Assembly: GCA_031292575.1 (NCBI GenBank)
Contig: JARLGX010000008.1
Coordinates: 88,028-152,027, forward strand
From: Paludibacter sp.
GTDB taxonomy: Bacteria > Bacteroidota > Bacteroidia > Bacteroidales > Paludibacteraceae
DNA: 64,000 nt
Direction of reading: 5' to 3'
Every line of letters starts with the position of its first letter. The stretch's first letter is position 1. The translations under genes and the position numbers were made by a program. This document shows, one piece after another, positions 1 to 10,246 of this stretch. Under the pieces are notes generated by a model, which saw nothing but the letters and a program-made list of their open reading frames with translations, did not search any database and was not told the origin of the DNA.

Positions 1-1
1 G

Positions 2-166
2 ATTGCTGTCGTATTAATTGTTCTCTATTACAAAGAAGTATTAGTCGGAACTCTCGGTATTATTGCCTTAGTTGTTGCCTTAGTTTTTACACTTACAAGT
101 TTAATTAGTTTCTGTCCGCTTTACACGTTATTTGGAATGAATACGGGCAAAAAAGCAGAGAAGTAA
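2..166 (+). CDS. DUF2892 (YgaP-like) small membrane protein, 3' fragment; the 5' end lies outside the window
   Basis: The frame is open from the window edge to TAA at 164-166. The translation ...LVVALVFTLTSLISFCPLYTLFGMNTGKKAEK has a hydrophobic segment plus the CPLY..FG motif typical of DUF2892. A hairpin terminator follows. Confidence 0.6.
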   Translation: MAVVLIVLYYKEVLVGTLGIIALVVALVFTLTSLISFCPLYTLFGMNTGKKAEK

Positions 167-179
167 TTTAGTATAAAAA

Positions 180-219
180 GGCAATCCCAACTAAAAAAAG
201 TAAGTGGATTGCCTTTTTT
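180..219 (+). terminator. Rho-independent terminator after the DUF2892 gene
   Basis: Stem GGCAATCC (180-187) pairs with GGATTGCC (206-213) and is followed by T6. Confidence 0.7.
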
Positions 220-428
220 GGTTTAAGGATATTGACTAAATATACACTTTGTGTCTCTAATAATTTATTGGTAATAGCTTAAATTCTTATCTATAAAATT
301 ACGAGCTTCGATACTATTAATCACTCTCAGAATCAGTCATTAATTGACATATTGCAATCTCCACTTTACAATAAGAAAAAAAGTGTAATTAATCTATGGT
401 GTATCTTTGTCATTCGGACAGAATTTAG

Positions 429-436
429 TACTTTTG
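429..436 (+). promoter_or_regulatory. Bacteroidetes-type -7 promoter box (TAnnTTTG) for gap
   Basis: TACTTTTG lies 41 bp upstream of the gap ATG. Confidence 0.45.
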
Positions 437-464
437 TGGCGAAATTATAAAAACTCAATTTTAA

Positions 465-1478
<1,014 letters not shown>

Positions 1479-1496
1479 GCTGACCAATTATAAAAT

Positions 1497-1535
1497 TAAA
1501 AATTCCCTGAAATGTTTGTTTCAGGGAATTTTTAA
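1497..1535. terminator. Bidirectional hairpin terminator between convergent gap and the ComEA-like gene
   Basis: 12-bp perfect stem AATTCCCTGAAA/TTTCAGGGAATT, flanked by an A-run upstream and a T-run downstream. Confidence 0.75.
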
Positions 1536-1537
1536 TT

Positions 1538-2485
1538 TTATTCAAAATTTAGATAGGGTTTAATTTTATCCAAATCTGAAAGTGTAAATTCCGGCAATAC
1601 TTTTAAGTCGGCTATGTCTTTGAGCTTTCCTTTTTTTCTACGCAACTCGTAAATAGCTTTTGCTTTATAGAAATTGATGTACGGGTGGCTTTTTAAACGT
1701 TCTACGCTGGCTATATTAACTTTTATTTTCTGAACTAATTCTGGATTTACCTTACAGAACGGACGAATTTTTTCAAAATCCTCAGGTCTCATTCCAAAAA
1801 CATCAATTAACTGATTGACTGACAAAAATCCACCTGTTTGCTGTCTAAAACGAATGATGTTTTTGGCATAGCTTCGTCCAATTCCTTTCACTTGCATTAA
1901 AAGTGTTGTATCAGCAGTATTCAGTTCAACAATGATATCCGTTCGTTTTACTGGTTTTGTTTCATTTACAAGCAGCTTTGCTTCTGCAATTTTTATATAT
2001 TGCTCCAGTTCTTTATACTTATCTGGATAGATTCCATATACTTTTGAAAAATCAGCAGCAGAACGATATCGACCTCCATTCTTTCGATATTTTAAAATAT
2101 TGGAGGCTATAAACGGTTTTAATCCTAATTTTATAAAGGAGGCAGAATCAATTGTATTAGGATCAAACTGGAAAAGGACATAACTTGTTTTCTTTTCTAA
2201 GGTTTTGGAGGAAATATAGGTTTGGTTTTGCTTGTATTTTTCTTCGTATTGCCGCTGACGTTCTTCATATTGCCTTTGCCAATTTAATTGCCGGATACTG
2301 TCACGCGAAACCAATGATTTTTTGAACATTTCTGCTTCTTTAATAAAAGCAGTTCCACCTTTTTCAGTAACCGGAAAGAAATATGACAACGAATAATTTA
2401 CCACCAATGTGATTATTATAAGCAAAACAAGCACTATAATTCCTGTTCGTTGACCTTTAGAGAAATAAAAAAAATCTTTCCACAT
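1538..2485 (-). CDS. Helix-hairpin-helix DNA-binding protein, ComEA-like, with an N-terminal membrane anchor
   Basis: 315-aa ORF with an N-terminal TM segment and two HhH-type segments (LMQVKGIGRSYAKNII and SVERLKSHPYINFYKAKAI). Confidence 0.7.
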   Translation of the reverse strand: MWKDFFYFSKGQRTGIIVLVLLIIITLVVNYSLSYFFPVTEKGGTAFIKEAEMFKKSLVSRDSIRQLNWQRQYEERQRQYEEKYKQNQTYISSKTLEKKTSYVLFQFDPNTIDSASFIKLGLKPFIASNILKYRKNGGRYRSAADFSKVYGIYPDKYKELEQYIKIAEAKLLVNETKPVKRTDIIVELNTADTTLLMQVKGIGRSYAKNIIRFRQQTGGFLSVNQLIDVFGMRPEDFEKIRPFCKVNPELVQKIKVNIASVERLKSHPYINFYKAKAIYELRRKKGKLKDIADLKVLPEFTLSDLDKIKPYLNFE

Positions 2486-2644
2486 AATTAAGCTTTAGAT
2501 TTAAAATGCTTTATAAAAAAACGGAACAAATATATAAATTTATTTTGTGTTAACAAACATATGATTTAAAATAATGAATCTACCTATGAAAAAATAAAAA
2601 GTGGATACCTTACAAAGGCATCCACTTCTAACATAAATCATTTG

Positions 2645-2717
2645 AGCGGCAAACGGGACTCGAACCCGCGACCCTCAGCTTGGGAAGCTGATGCTCTACC
2701 AACTGAGCTACTGCCGC
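2645..2717 (-). tRNA. tRNA-Gly (anticodon CCC)
   Basis: The reverse complement GCGGCAGTAGCTCAGTTGGTAGAGCATCAGCTTCCCAAGCTGAGGGTCGCGGGTTCGAGTCCCGTTTGCCGCT folds as a cloverleaf. It has a 7-bp acceptor stem, anticodon stem TCAGC/GCTGA, loop TTCCCAA and a GGTTCGAGTCC T-arm. CCA is not encoded. Confidence 0.93.
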
Positions 2718-2746
2718 ATTTCTACCATATTTTTAATTTCGGAGTG

Positions 2747-2754
2747 CAAATGTA
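2747..2754 (-). promoter_or_regulatory. -7 promoter box for tRNA-Gly
   Basis: Reads TACATTTG on the minus strand, about 30 nt upstream of the mature tRNA 5' end. Confidence 0.4.
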
Positions 2755-2868
2755 GCTGTTATTTTTCAAAATGCAAATCAGTATCAAAAGTTTTATTGTT
2801 AATTTTAGACAATTCTGTAATATTTTTAGAAATAAGTAATTTTCAACTTTGTACCGAAAAAGTTTTGC

Positions 2869-4701
2869 TTAATAATTTACTTCATTTTTCTTAGATGCTG
2901 ATTTCATCAATTCAGCGGGTTTTTGCTCAAGTAGCGGTACTAAAGTATAATCCCACGTTTCTTCAAATTCCCAATTGGCCATCAAAGTTAGTTTTTTAGG
3001 ATAATAATAAACCTCCTCAGGTTGGCGATGTGTTGCCAAATCGCCTGTATCCCACTTACCATTTCCATTTTCGTCAATAAACATTCGAACATAATAATCA
3101 CCTGGCTTTAAATATTCAAATACTGTTCCTTTTTCCGAGGCCGGTTTTGTAGCAAGCAATACATCTTTCGAATCGAGAACTTGTAACATTACCTTAGGAT
3201 TAAATGTTGCTAAATATATTTTTACACTCGAATATTCATCAAGTGATTTGACTTTGAAACTTCCTTCTATCTTTTTGCTAGCTTTATTATAAATACTTGT
3301 AAATGCCGCCGAATCAATTTCCAACTTATATTCCATTTCAGGCACCCACTTATAGTTAATGGCAAAAGTCATGTGTATAGAATCAAGCCTTTGCCACTTA
3401 AAAGGGATTTGTTTATAGGTGGAATCAATCTTTTGACTTAATTTAATTTTTGAAATATCCTCATTTGCTAGTGGCGCCTCAAAAGTTAATATAATTGGAC
3501 TATAAATCTCAAACGAGGACGTTATATTATTAGCAAATTTCAGTGATTCTAGTTTTTTTAATTGCGCTTTTTTTATCTTTAATTTGGCATTTAAATTTAC
3601 TTTTCGCATGGATACATTTATTGTATCGGTAACAGGTTGAAGCTGAAAAAGCGAATCAGTTTTTAAGTAAGTCATCGACATTTTCAGTGTATCAGTTTTC
3701 CATACTGTTGAATCGGTAATCCAATACGTCAGACTATCCATTGCCAAATTCTTCTGTAAAACGTATTTATTGTCCCAATTAAAGTTAAGCGGTTTTAATT
3801 CTGGCAGTTTTGAAAGTGTAGTATTAAAATATAAATCGAAAACAAATGGTTCTTTGCGCTCTGCCTTTACAAAATACTGCCTCTTTTTATTTTCTTTAAA
3901 AAAACGAAGGGCTAAATTATCCGGTAAGAAATGTGTTCCCATATATGTATGCACACTGTCTACATGAGTTGAATCTTTCCAAACGGTATCTCTCATTTGC
4001 TCTAATTTTGAGGTTGGAGATATTAGTGAATCACACAAAGCTAATCCTTCGCCGGGTTGAAAATAAAAATCGTGATTTGTATCGCCCAAAGCATAGACTT
4101 TGTATTTACCCTTTTTTATATTATTAATTGAAAAGTGACCTTTGTCATCCGTTCTTCCGATGCGTAAAAATGGTTTTTTATAAAATACCGAATCTGACTT
4201 TTCGCTGTAAATTCCAACAATAATTCCTGCCAAAGGATTTAAATCCTCGGCGTTAATAACAGTTCCCGCTATTTTTAATGTATCAATCTGGTTACCGGTT
4301 GAGAAAGAAAAAAGATAGTTTTTTAAAACATTTTTTTCATTTAAATCTACTATCCCATCACCAAAACTCACTGAATAGGTGGTACTATCAAGTAAATCTT
4401 GATTAAAGTTAACTGTAACTTTTTTCCCGAATGCTTTAACATCGGGTTGCTTAGACTGCGGTGGCGAAATTATTACATTATCATTTGGCTTTTCGATTGA
4501 AACCATTTTATTAAAATCAATTTCAATTTGTTTTTTCTTGAAATTGAGAGCTCCATTATTCGGAAAAGATTTCATTACCTTAGGTGGTGTTGTATCTTTC
4601 GGACCGCCGGTTGGTCCCTGAGCTTTATTGGCGCAGGAATAAACCAAAAACGAAATGCCGCTTATAACAATAAATAATTTTATCTTAGTTTTTATCTTCA
4701 T
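2869..4701 (-). CDS. Ig-like (Big_5/SbsA-type) domain lipoprotein with a DUF2141-like C-terminus; unusually rich in the D-(S/T)-(A/I/L/V/M/T) O-glycosylation sequon
   Basis: 610-aa ORF with a lipobox (FLVYSC). The N-terminal PPKVMKSFPNNGALNF... segment resembles Big_5 Ig-like domains, and the C-terminal GDYYVRMFIDENGNGKWDTGD resembles DUF2141. It is the last gene of a tightly packed four-gene operon. Confidence 0.65.
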   Translation of the reverse strand: MKIKTKIKLFIVISGISFLVYSCANKAQGPTGGPKDTTPPKVMKSFPNNGALNFKKKQIEIDFNKMVSIEKPNDNVIISPPQSKQPDVKAFGKKVTVNFNQDLLDSTTYSVSFGDGIVDLNEKNVLKNYLFSFSTGNQIDTLKIAGTVINAEDLNPLAGIIVGIYSEKSDSVFYKKPFLRIGRTDDKGHFSINNIKKGKYKVYALGDTNHDFYFQPGEGLALCDSLISPTSKLEQMRDTVWKDSTHVDSVHTYMGTHFLPDNLALRFFKENKKRQYFVKAERKEPFVFDLYFNTTLSKLPELKPLNFNWDNKYVLQKNLAMDSLTYWITDSTVWKTDTLKMSMTYLKTDSLFQLQPVTDTINVSMRKVNLNAKLKIKKAQLKKLESLKFANNITSSFEIYSPIILTFEAPLANEDISKIKLSQKIDSTYKQIPFKWQRLDSIHMTFAINYKWVPEMEYKLEIDSAAFTSIYNKASKKIEGSFKVKSLDEYSSVKIYLATFNPKVMLQVLDSKDVLLATKPASEKGTVFEYLKPGDYYVRMFIDENGNGKWDTGDLATHRQPEEVYYYPKKLTLMANWEFEETWDYTLVPLLEQKPAELMKSASKKNEVNY

Positions 4702-4722
4702 AATTCTATATTATTGCGAGAA

Positions 4723-5991
4723 TTATTGTAATGTCAGAACCTTATGCCCGATTCTGCATCGTAAGCATTTTTTTTCATCACAATATTGTTTTTTTAATTG
4801 TAACAGAGCCTGCGAATCGTAAGCACTTTCTACTTTTAATTCCATATTTCTCCATCCGGATACGATTGCATTATGCTCAGCAGGAACCTGTTCTAAAATT
4901 TGTAAGGCTTTGTCCTTCAGTTCATCATTTTTCTTTTTATGGGCAAAACTAAATAAAAATGGAACTACAGTATTTATTAAGATACCATTTATTGACTGGT
5001 TACCAAGTCTCTTTATATGCAACGAACTTTCATGTGCGAATTGATATCTTGTATTCCAGTAACCAGTCAGTTCGCAAACAAAAAGCGCTCTTAGATAATC
5101 AAGATTTGGATTATCAACAATTTTAGAAAACAATTTACTTGATGTATGAATTAATGACGCAAATTGAGCAATTCGTATGTGTGGAAAGTTATCTGGTCGT
5201 AATCGTAATAGTTTCCATTGCGTTTTATCAATTGGAATTAAATTATATTTTGAACTTAGAAAATCATATTCTTTTTTTAATTGTGCTGAATATTCATCGT
5301 GATTTTCTAAACTCAGCAAACCGGCCTGACCAAACAACAAAGCTTCCAATTGAAGCAGTTGATCTTTATGTTTTCCTAAAATAGAAACCGGTAAGGATTT
5401 CGCCAAACTTTCAAAAGCCTGACTATTTGTTCCGAAACCAAAATTTCTAGCTAATGTAATATAAAACGCTTCTTCCCAATGTTGTTTATTTTCGTTCAAT
5501 AAATTTTCAATTGCTTTCATTTTTTGCTCTAAACGCTCAGTGAGCAAAGCACATTTCCAGCTCTGAATAAAAATTAATGGAACTAAGCCAATTTTATCAG
5601 CACACGCAATCCATTTTTGCTGACTAAGAAGTTGATCGTAATTCGTTTCGATTTTCGTAGAAAACTTCAATTCAAGCTGCGGAATTTTTGTTCCGTCAAT
5701 TCTATAAATATCTTCATCTACAATTGCGACAACATGTAGAATTGTACTATCATAGGCTTTGTCAGAATGATGATTATGCTTCTTCCAATCCGAAGAGTGG
5801 GTATGAATCTCTACGTTGCCTGCCCATAATGTACCTCCAATTTTTATTTTAGCATTAAAAAAATCAGGTCCGGCATCTGTATTAATCCTGCCAACATCAA
5901 TAACTTCTACTTGTTCACCATCCATTGTTTCGAGGTCGTACGAAGTAAAAAGTTTGTTTTGCCAAACGTAATGTAGGATGGACTCTTTCAT
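4723..5991 (-). CDS. DUF2851 family protein
   Basis: 422-aa ORF. The N-terminal ILHYVWQNKLF...DAGPDFFNAKIKI...WAGNVEIHTHSSDWKKHNHH...ILHVV pattern is the hallmark of DUF2851. Confidence 0.8.
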   Translation of the reverse strand: MKESILHYVWQNKLFTSYDLETMDGEQVEVIDVGRINTDAGPDFFNAKIKIGGTLWAGNVEIHTHSSDWKKHNHHSDKAYDSTILHVVAIVDEDIYRIDGTKIPQLELKFSTKIETNYDQLLSQQKWIACADKIGLVPLIFIQSWKCALLTERLEQKMKAIENLLNENKQHWEEAFYITLARNFGFGTNSQAFESLAKSLPVSILGKHKDQLLQLEALLFGQAGLLSLENHDEYSAQLKKEYDFLSSKYNLIPIDKTQWKLLRLRPDNFPHIRIAQFASLIHTSSKLFSKIVDNPNLDYLRALFVCELTGYWNTRYQFAHESSLHIKRLGNQSINGILINTVVPFLFSFAHKKKNDELKDKALQILEQVPAEHNAIVSGWRNMELKVESAYDSQALLQLKKQYCDEKKCLRCRIGHKVLTLQ

Positions 5992-6015
5992 TAGGCGTAA
6001 GTAAAAGGAGTTAGC

Positions 6016-6621
6016 TCAAAGTACATCAAAAGTAAAACCTTGACTATTCCAATATTCAATGGCTAAAGGCAAGACATACAACATATTGTTTTTTGCCTTG
6101 ATTGAATCGTGAAAAACAACAATTGAACCATTTCGGGAAAAATGTTTAATGTTATTAAAGATTGATTCTTTTGACAAGTTCTGATTATAATCGTGGGTAA
6201 TTAAATCCCACATTACAATATCATATTTAGATTGTAGCTTTTTACGTTGACCTCTTTTTATTTGCCCGTAAGGAGGACGAAATAATTTACTATCAATGTA
6301 TTGCGCAGCTTTCTCTATATTAGCAACATACTCCTCGTTCGTGACAGATAACCCTTTTAAATGATTGAAAGTATGGTTCCCTGTTTTATGCCCTCTTTTT
6401 ATCATTTCAGCATAAATATCAGGATGCTTTTGTACATTTTCTCCAACACAGAAGAAAGTTGCTTTCACATTAAATTTATCAAGTAAATCTAAAACACGAG
6501 GTGTCACTTCTGGCACCGGTCCATCATCAAAAGTGACATAAATCACTTTTGATGATGGATTTTTGCGCCAAATGAGCTTTCCTAAAAAAGGACGTATTAT
6601 ATCTGGAAACCGAACATTCAT
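6016..6621 (-). CDS. Polysaccharide deacetylase (CE4 / NodB homology domain) protein, no signal peptide
   Basis: 201-aa ORF with the TFDDGP motif and the HTFNH His motif. Its ATG abuts the stop codon of the upstream DUF2723 gene. Confidence 0.85.
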   Translation of the reverse strand: MNVRFPDIIRPFLGKLIWRKNPSSKVIYVTFDDGPVPEVTPRVLDLLDKFNVKATFFCVGENVQKHPDIYAEMIKRGHKTGNHTFNHLKGLSVTNEEYVANIEKAAQYIDSKLFRPPYGQIKRGQRKKLQSKYDIVMWDLITHDYNQNLSKESIFNNIKHFSRNGSIVVFHDSIKAKNNMLYVLPLAIEYWNSQGFTFDVL

Positions 6622-9600
6622 TTACATTTGTATTCGTTTGGTATAATCTATATAACGTGGCATGTATTTGTTCATTATGGTTTTCTGTTTGTCCTGATCG
6701 CAAATACGTAATATCTGGTTCAAAACGGCCATATCGTGCCCAATTCGGTTTGAAACACTGTTGCGTTGATCTGTATCTAAACTCAAATACCAGTCCAAAG
6801 ACTCAACACAATCTTTTGCAACAGCATCCATAATGGCATCTCCCTTGGCTGGTTGGTGTAATTTATAATAAGCATCAGCCAATTGCGTTGAAATATAATC
6901 ATGACGAACTGTTGTTCCCGGAATTACTTTATTACAATAATCCAAAGCCTTTTCAGCTCTCACAGTATCACCTTTAGCCATTAGAGCCCCAATTAATTGT
7001 GCAAACATCATGCGATGAGTGTGGCACATATGCGAGGTATTTTCATCCAAATATACTTTCGGATCAGCAATATTTCCATATTTGAATTTGTACATCATGT
7101 TATTGTACATTTCATCCACATTTACGCTTGGTCCAGCTCCTTTTACTCCAATCGGCAAAATTTGATATGCTAACCCTGTTAATTCAAAATGATCACTAAG
7201 TCCTAAATAATAATCATCGCCAACAGTTACTGCAAAATAAATTGGACGTTTCCATTTGTTTTCACTCAACAAATCAATGATCATCATCTCGCTTTTTGTA
7301 AGTCTCCGTTTTACATTAATATCTATTTGAGGAATAATTTCGGAAGCTCTTGTTATAGGCAAAGTCCCTGTTTTCACCACTTCTTGTGCATCAATTGGGA
7401 TGAACAATTGTTTTGTTGGAATAAATGGTTCTCCATTTATTTTTGTTTGCGGATCGGAGCTCAACATGAAATTAAAGGCAGTTTGAACTTCAAGTTTAGG
7501 TAACATTGAATCAACCTCAACCACCTCATTTTTACCTGCTGCATAATCTTCGGGTTTCCACGAAATTGGAAGTGGAGCCGATTTATATGCACCTCGTTGC
7601 ATTTGTCCTATATACCAGTCTGTTTGTAAATAACTCAGATTACAAACCCGAAGGTCAGTACCAACGCCTTCCACTTCCTGATTATACCAAAGCGGGAAAG
7701 TATCATTATCTCCATTGGAAAAAATAATTGCATTGGGTTTACATGAAAGCAGATAATTTGCCCCAAAATCGCGACAAGTATAACGGTTACTACGATCGTG
7801 ATCGTCCCAGTTTTGTTCGGCCATTAATGCCGGAACTCCCAAACAGAATAATGTCACAACAGCTGCTGCAGCAGTTTTTGGTATTTTTGGCGCATATTTT
7901 TCTACTCCTTTTATTATACCCAAAACTCCAAAACCTATCCAGATACAAAAAGCGTAGAACGAACCTGCATAGGCATAATCCCGTTCACGTGGCTGATAAG
8001 GAGTCTGATTGAGATAAACTACAATGGCAAGACCAGTCATCAAAAACAACAGGGTAATAAGCCAAAATCCTTCAACGCCATGTTTTCCTCCATTAATTAA
8101 GAAAACCATGCCCAATATTCCCAACAACAATGGTAACATGTAGTAGACATTATGTCCTTTATTCTCTTTGAGTTCCGAAGGTAAATTCTTTTGATTACCG
8201 ACCAGCATATTGTCAATAAATCCAATGCCTGTAATCCAGTTTCCATGATCAATTTCACCATAGCCCTGCATATCATTTTGGCGGCCACTGAAATTCCACA
8301 TAAAGTAGCGCAAATACATGAAATTAATTTGATAGTCGAGGAAGAAACGCATATTTTCAAAAAACGTAGGCTTCACGTCACTTCTTTGTTGGCCGCAATA
8401 ATCATAATTTATTGTTTCTCCCGTTATTTTTCCCCAGGCTTTATAGGCTTCTATATGAGAAGGTGTTGTGCTGTACATTCTGGGGAAAAACATATTAAAC
8501 CTATCGTCCATTACATAATCGGTTTGATAACCCGAAATGATGTATTCATCTTTATCGTTTGCCGATTTCTTGTATTTCTGCACGTAAGTTGGATCACCTT
8601 TCTTTTGTTCGGGGACACACATGTTACCTTCCACTTTGAGTTTAACCGGTGCATCATAAACCGCTCCGTAAAGCAAAGGCGTTGATCCGTATTGTTCGCG
8701 GTCGAGGTAATATTTAAGTGAGAATACATTATCGGGGTTATTCTGATCCATGGTAGGATTGGCATTTGAACGGATAACAATGACCGCATACGATGAAAAG
8801 CCAATAAGAATCATCAATATCATAAGCAATGAAGTATTAATCCAGCGTGGATTAATTTTCCCTTTTTTGAAATAAAAGAATGCTGCCAATCCCGCAATAA
8901 TGAGAATACCTAAAATTATGTTTTCGCTAAAAAATGGCAAGCCTTCCATGCTGATTGCCAAAACGAAAGAAATAGCTATTCTTAAAAAACTTTTTTTAGT
9001 ATACGATTCATAAATTCCCCAAATAATAAATCCAAGTGTCAGAATTATATATGCTAAAACTCCCGAATTAAATTCAAAACCAAGTACATTGACAAACAGG
9101 AGTTCAAACCAACCCGACACTTCCAAAAATCCTGGGATTAAACCATATAAAACTGTTCCTAAAAGAACTATCCCAACAAGCAGGGAAATAAGAACACCTT
9201 TGACCGAAGGAGTATATTTTTTGAAATAATACACCATTACCAAAGCAGGGATGGTTAGCAGATTGAGCAAGTGAACTCCAATGGATAATCCCATCATATA
9301 GGCAATAAAAATCAACCAACGATCAGAGCCCGGTTCATCGGCATGTTCTTCCCATTTGAGGATAAGCCAAAAAACCAATGCAGTGAATAAGGCTGAAAAA
9401 CCGTAAACTTCAGCTTCAACTGCCGAGAACCAAAAAGTATCAGAAAAAGTATAAGCCATTGCCCCAACTATTCCGGCACCCAAAATTCCAATAATGTTTT
9501 TGGTATTATAATCATCATCAGTTTTAATTATAATTTTGCGGGCTAAATGTGTGATAGTCCAAAACAAGAACATGATAGTAAATGCACTACACAAAGCAGT

Positions 9601-9843
9601 CAACGAGTTAACCATGATAGCCACGTGGCTTGTATCTTTTGCGAACAAAGAGAATAAATGGCCAAAAAGCATGGATAAAGGAGCTCCAGGAGGATGACCA
9701 ACGTCTAATTTAAATGCACTTGAGATAAACTCAGGGCAATCCCAAAAGCTGGCGGTTGGCTCCATGGTAAGCAAATACGTAGCTGCTGCAATAGCAAAAG
9801 CGACCCACCCGAAGATGTTGTTCAAAGATTTGAATCGTTTCAT
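6622..9843 (-). CDS. DUF2723 / TMEM260-like GT-C fold glycosyltransferase, paralogue A
   Basis: 1073-aa ORF. The N-terminal part has many TM helices and an acidic first-loop motif (FWDCPEF). A large C-terminal soluble domain has TPR-like helices (DTVRAEKALDYCNKVI...). The family was recognised from the conserved N-terminus MKRF..LNNIFGWVAFAIAAATYLLTMEPTASFWD. Confidence 0.8.
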   Translation of the reverse strand: MKRFKSLNNIFGWVAFAIAAATYLLTMEPTASFWDCPEFISSAFKLDVGHPPGAPLSMLFGHLFSLFAKDTSHVAIMVNSLTALCSAFTIMFLFWTITHLARKIIIKTDDDYNTKNIIGILGAGIVGAMAYTFSDTFWFSAVEAEVYGFSALFTALVFWLILKWEEHADEPGSDRWLIFIAYMMGLSIGVHLLNLLTIPALVMVYYFKKYTPSVKGVLISLLVGIVLLGTVLYGLIPGFLEVSGWFELLFVNVLGFEFNSGVLAYIILTLGFIIWGIYESYTKKSFLRIAISFVLAISMEGLPFFSENIILGILIIAGLAAFFYFKKGKINPRWINTSLLMILMILIGFSSYAVIVIRSNANPTMDQNNPDNVFSLKYYLDREQYGSTPLLYGAVYDAPVKLKVEGNMCVPEQKKGDPTYVQKYKKSANDKDEYIISGYQTDYVMDDRFNMFFPRMYSTTPSHIEAYKAWGKITGETINYDYCGQQRSDVKPTFFENMRFFLDYQINFMYLRYFMWNFSGRQNDMQGYGEIDHGNWITGIGFIDNMLVGNQKNLPSELKENKGHNVYYMLPLLLGILGMVFLINGGKHGVEGFWLITLLFLMTGLAIVVYLNQTPYQPRERDYAYAGSFYAFCIWIGFGVLGIIKGVEKYAPKIPKTAAAAVVTLFCLGVPALMAEQNWDDHDRSNRYTCRDFGANYLLSCKPNAIIFSNGDNDTFPLWYNQEVEGVGTDLRVCNLSYLQTDWYIGQMQRGAYKSAPLPISWKPEDYAAGKNEVVEVDSMLPKLEVQTAFNFMLSSDPQTKINGEPFIPTKQLFIPIDAQEVVKTGTLPITRASEIIPQIDINVKRRLTKSEMMIIDLLSENKWKRPIYFAVTVGDDYYLGLSDHFELTGLAYQILPIGVKGAGPSVNVDEMYNNMMYKFKYGNIADPKVYLDENTSHMCHTHRMMFAQLIGALMAKGDTVRAEKALDYCNKVIPGTTVRHDYISTQLADAYYKLHQPAKGDAIMDAVAKDCVESLDWYLSLDTDQRNSVSNRIGHDMAVLNQILRICDQDKQKTIMNKYMPRYIDYTKRIQM

Positions 9844-9986
9844 GAATGCGAATTATAATTAATTATTTATTTAATTGTTTATTTGAAGTTTATTCAGTCA
9901 GTTAGCAATTTATTATAGAAGTATATATTCAGAAGCAAGTATTTAGCTTTTCCAGATTAAGCTTTAAGCCTATTTAGAAAAACGCT

Positions 9987-9994
9987 CAAAGATA
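9987..9994 (-). promoter_or_regulatory. -7 promoter box for DUF2723 paralogue A
   Basis: Reads TATCTTTG on the minus strand, 144 bp upstream of the ATG. The same octamer precedes paralogue B. Confidence 0.4.
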
Positions 9995-10160
9995 CAAAAA
10001 AAATCAGTTTGTTTAAGATGTTCTATTCTTTTTAGTTAATATTAAAAAATATCTACTTTTTTATAAATTTATGTACGCTTACAACTTTAATTTATAAGCT
10101 GTTTTAACATGCCAAAAGGTAAGAGAGGTAGTATATTATTTGAAGCCATGTTTTATTAGA

Positions 10161-10201
10161 TGAAAACAGTCACAATAATCGAAATTGAATTATTGTGACT
10201 G
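10161..10201 (-). terminator. Hairpin terminator of DUF2723 paralogue B
   Basis: 13-bp perfect stem CAGTCACAATAAT/ATTATTGTGACTG, followed by a T-run on the minus strand. It separates the two paralogues into distinct transcription units. Confidence 0.65.
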
Positions 10202-10246
10202 TAAGAATTATGTTCCATCTATAAGGTGAAACAACTAAAACCCTGA

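Noticed and set aside
2645-2717. tRNA-Gly as an integration site of a genomic island
   Set aside because: There is no integrase, no direct repeat of the tRNA 3' end and no compositional break that I could see on either side. The neighbouring genes are ordinary conserved Bacteroidota genes.
2691-2894. 67-aa plus-strand ORF overlapping tRNA-Gly
   Set aside because: It starts inside the tRNA gene on the opposite strand and runs through an AT-rich intergenic region. It is low-complexity and most likely spurious.
8191-8685. 164-aa plus-strand ORF inside DUF2723 paralogue A, with a matching 149-aa ORF at 11867..12316 inside paralogue B
   Set aside because: These are antisense shadow ORFs. Their apparent conservation between the two loci follows automatically from conservation of the real minus-strand genes. 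They have no start context or recognisable motif.
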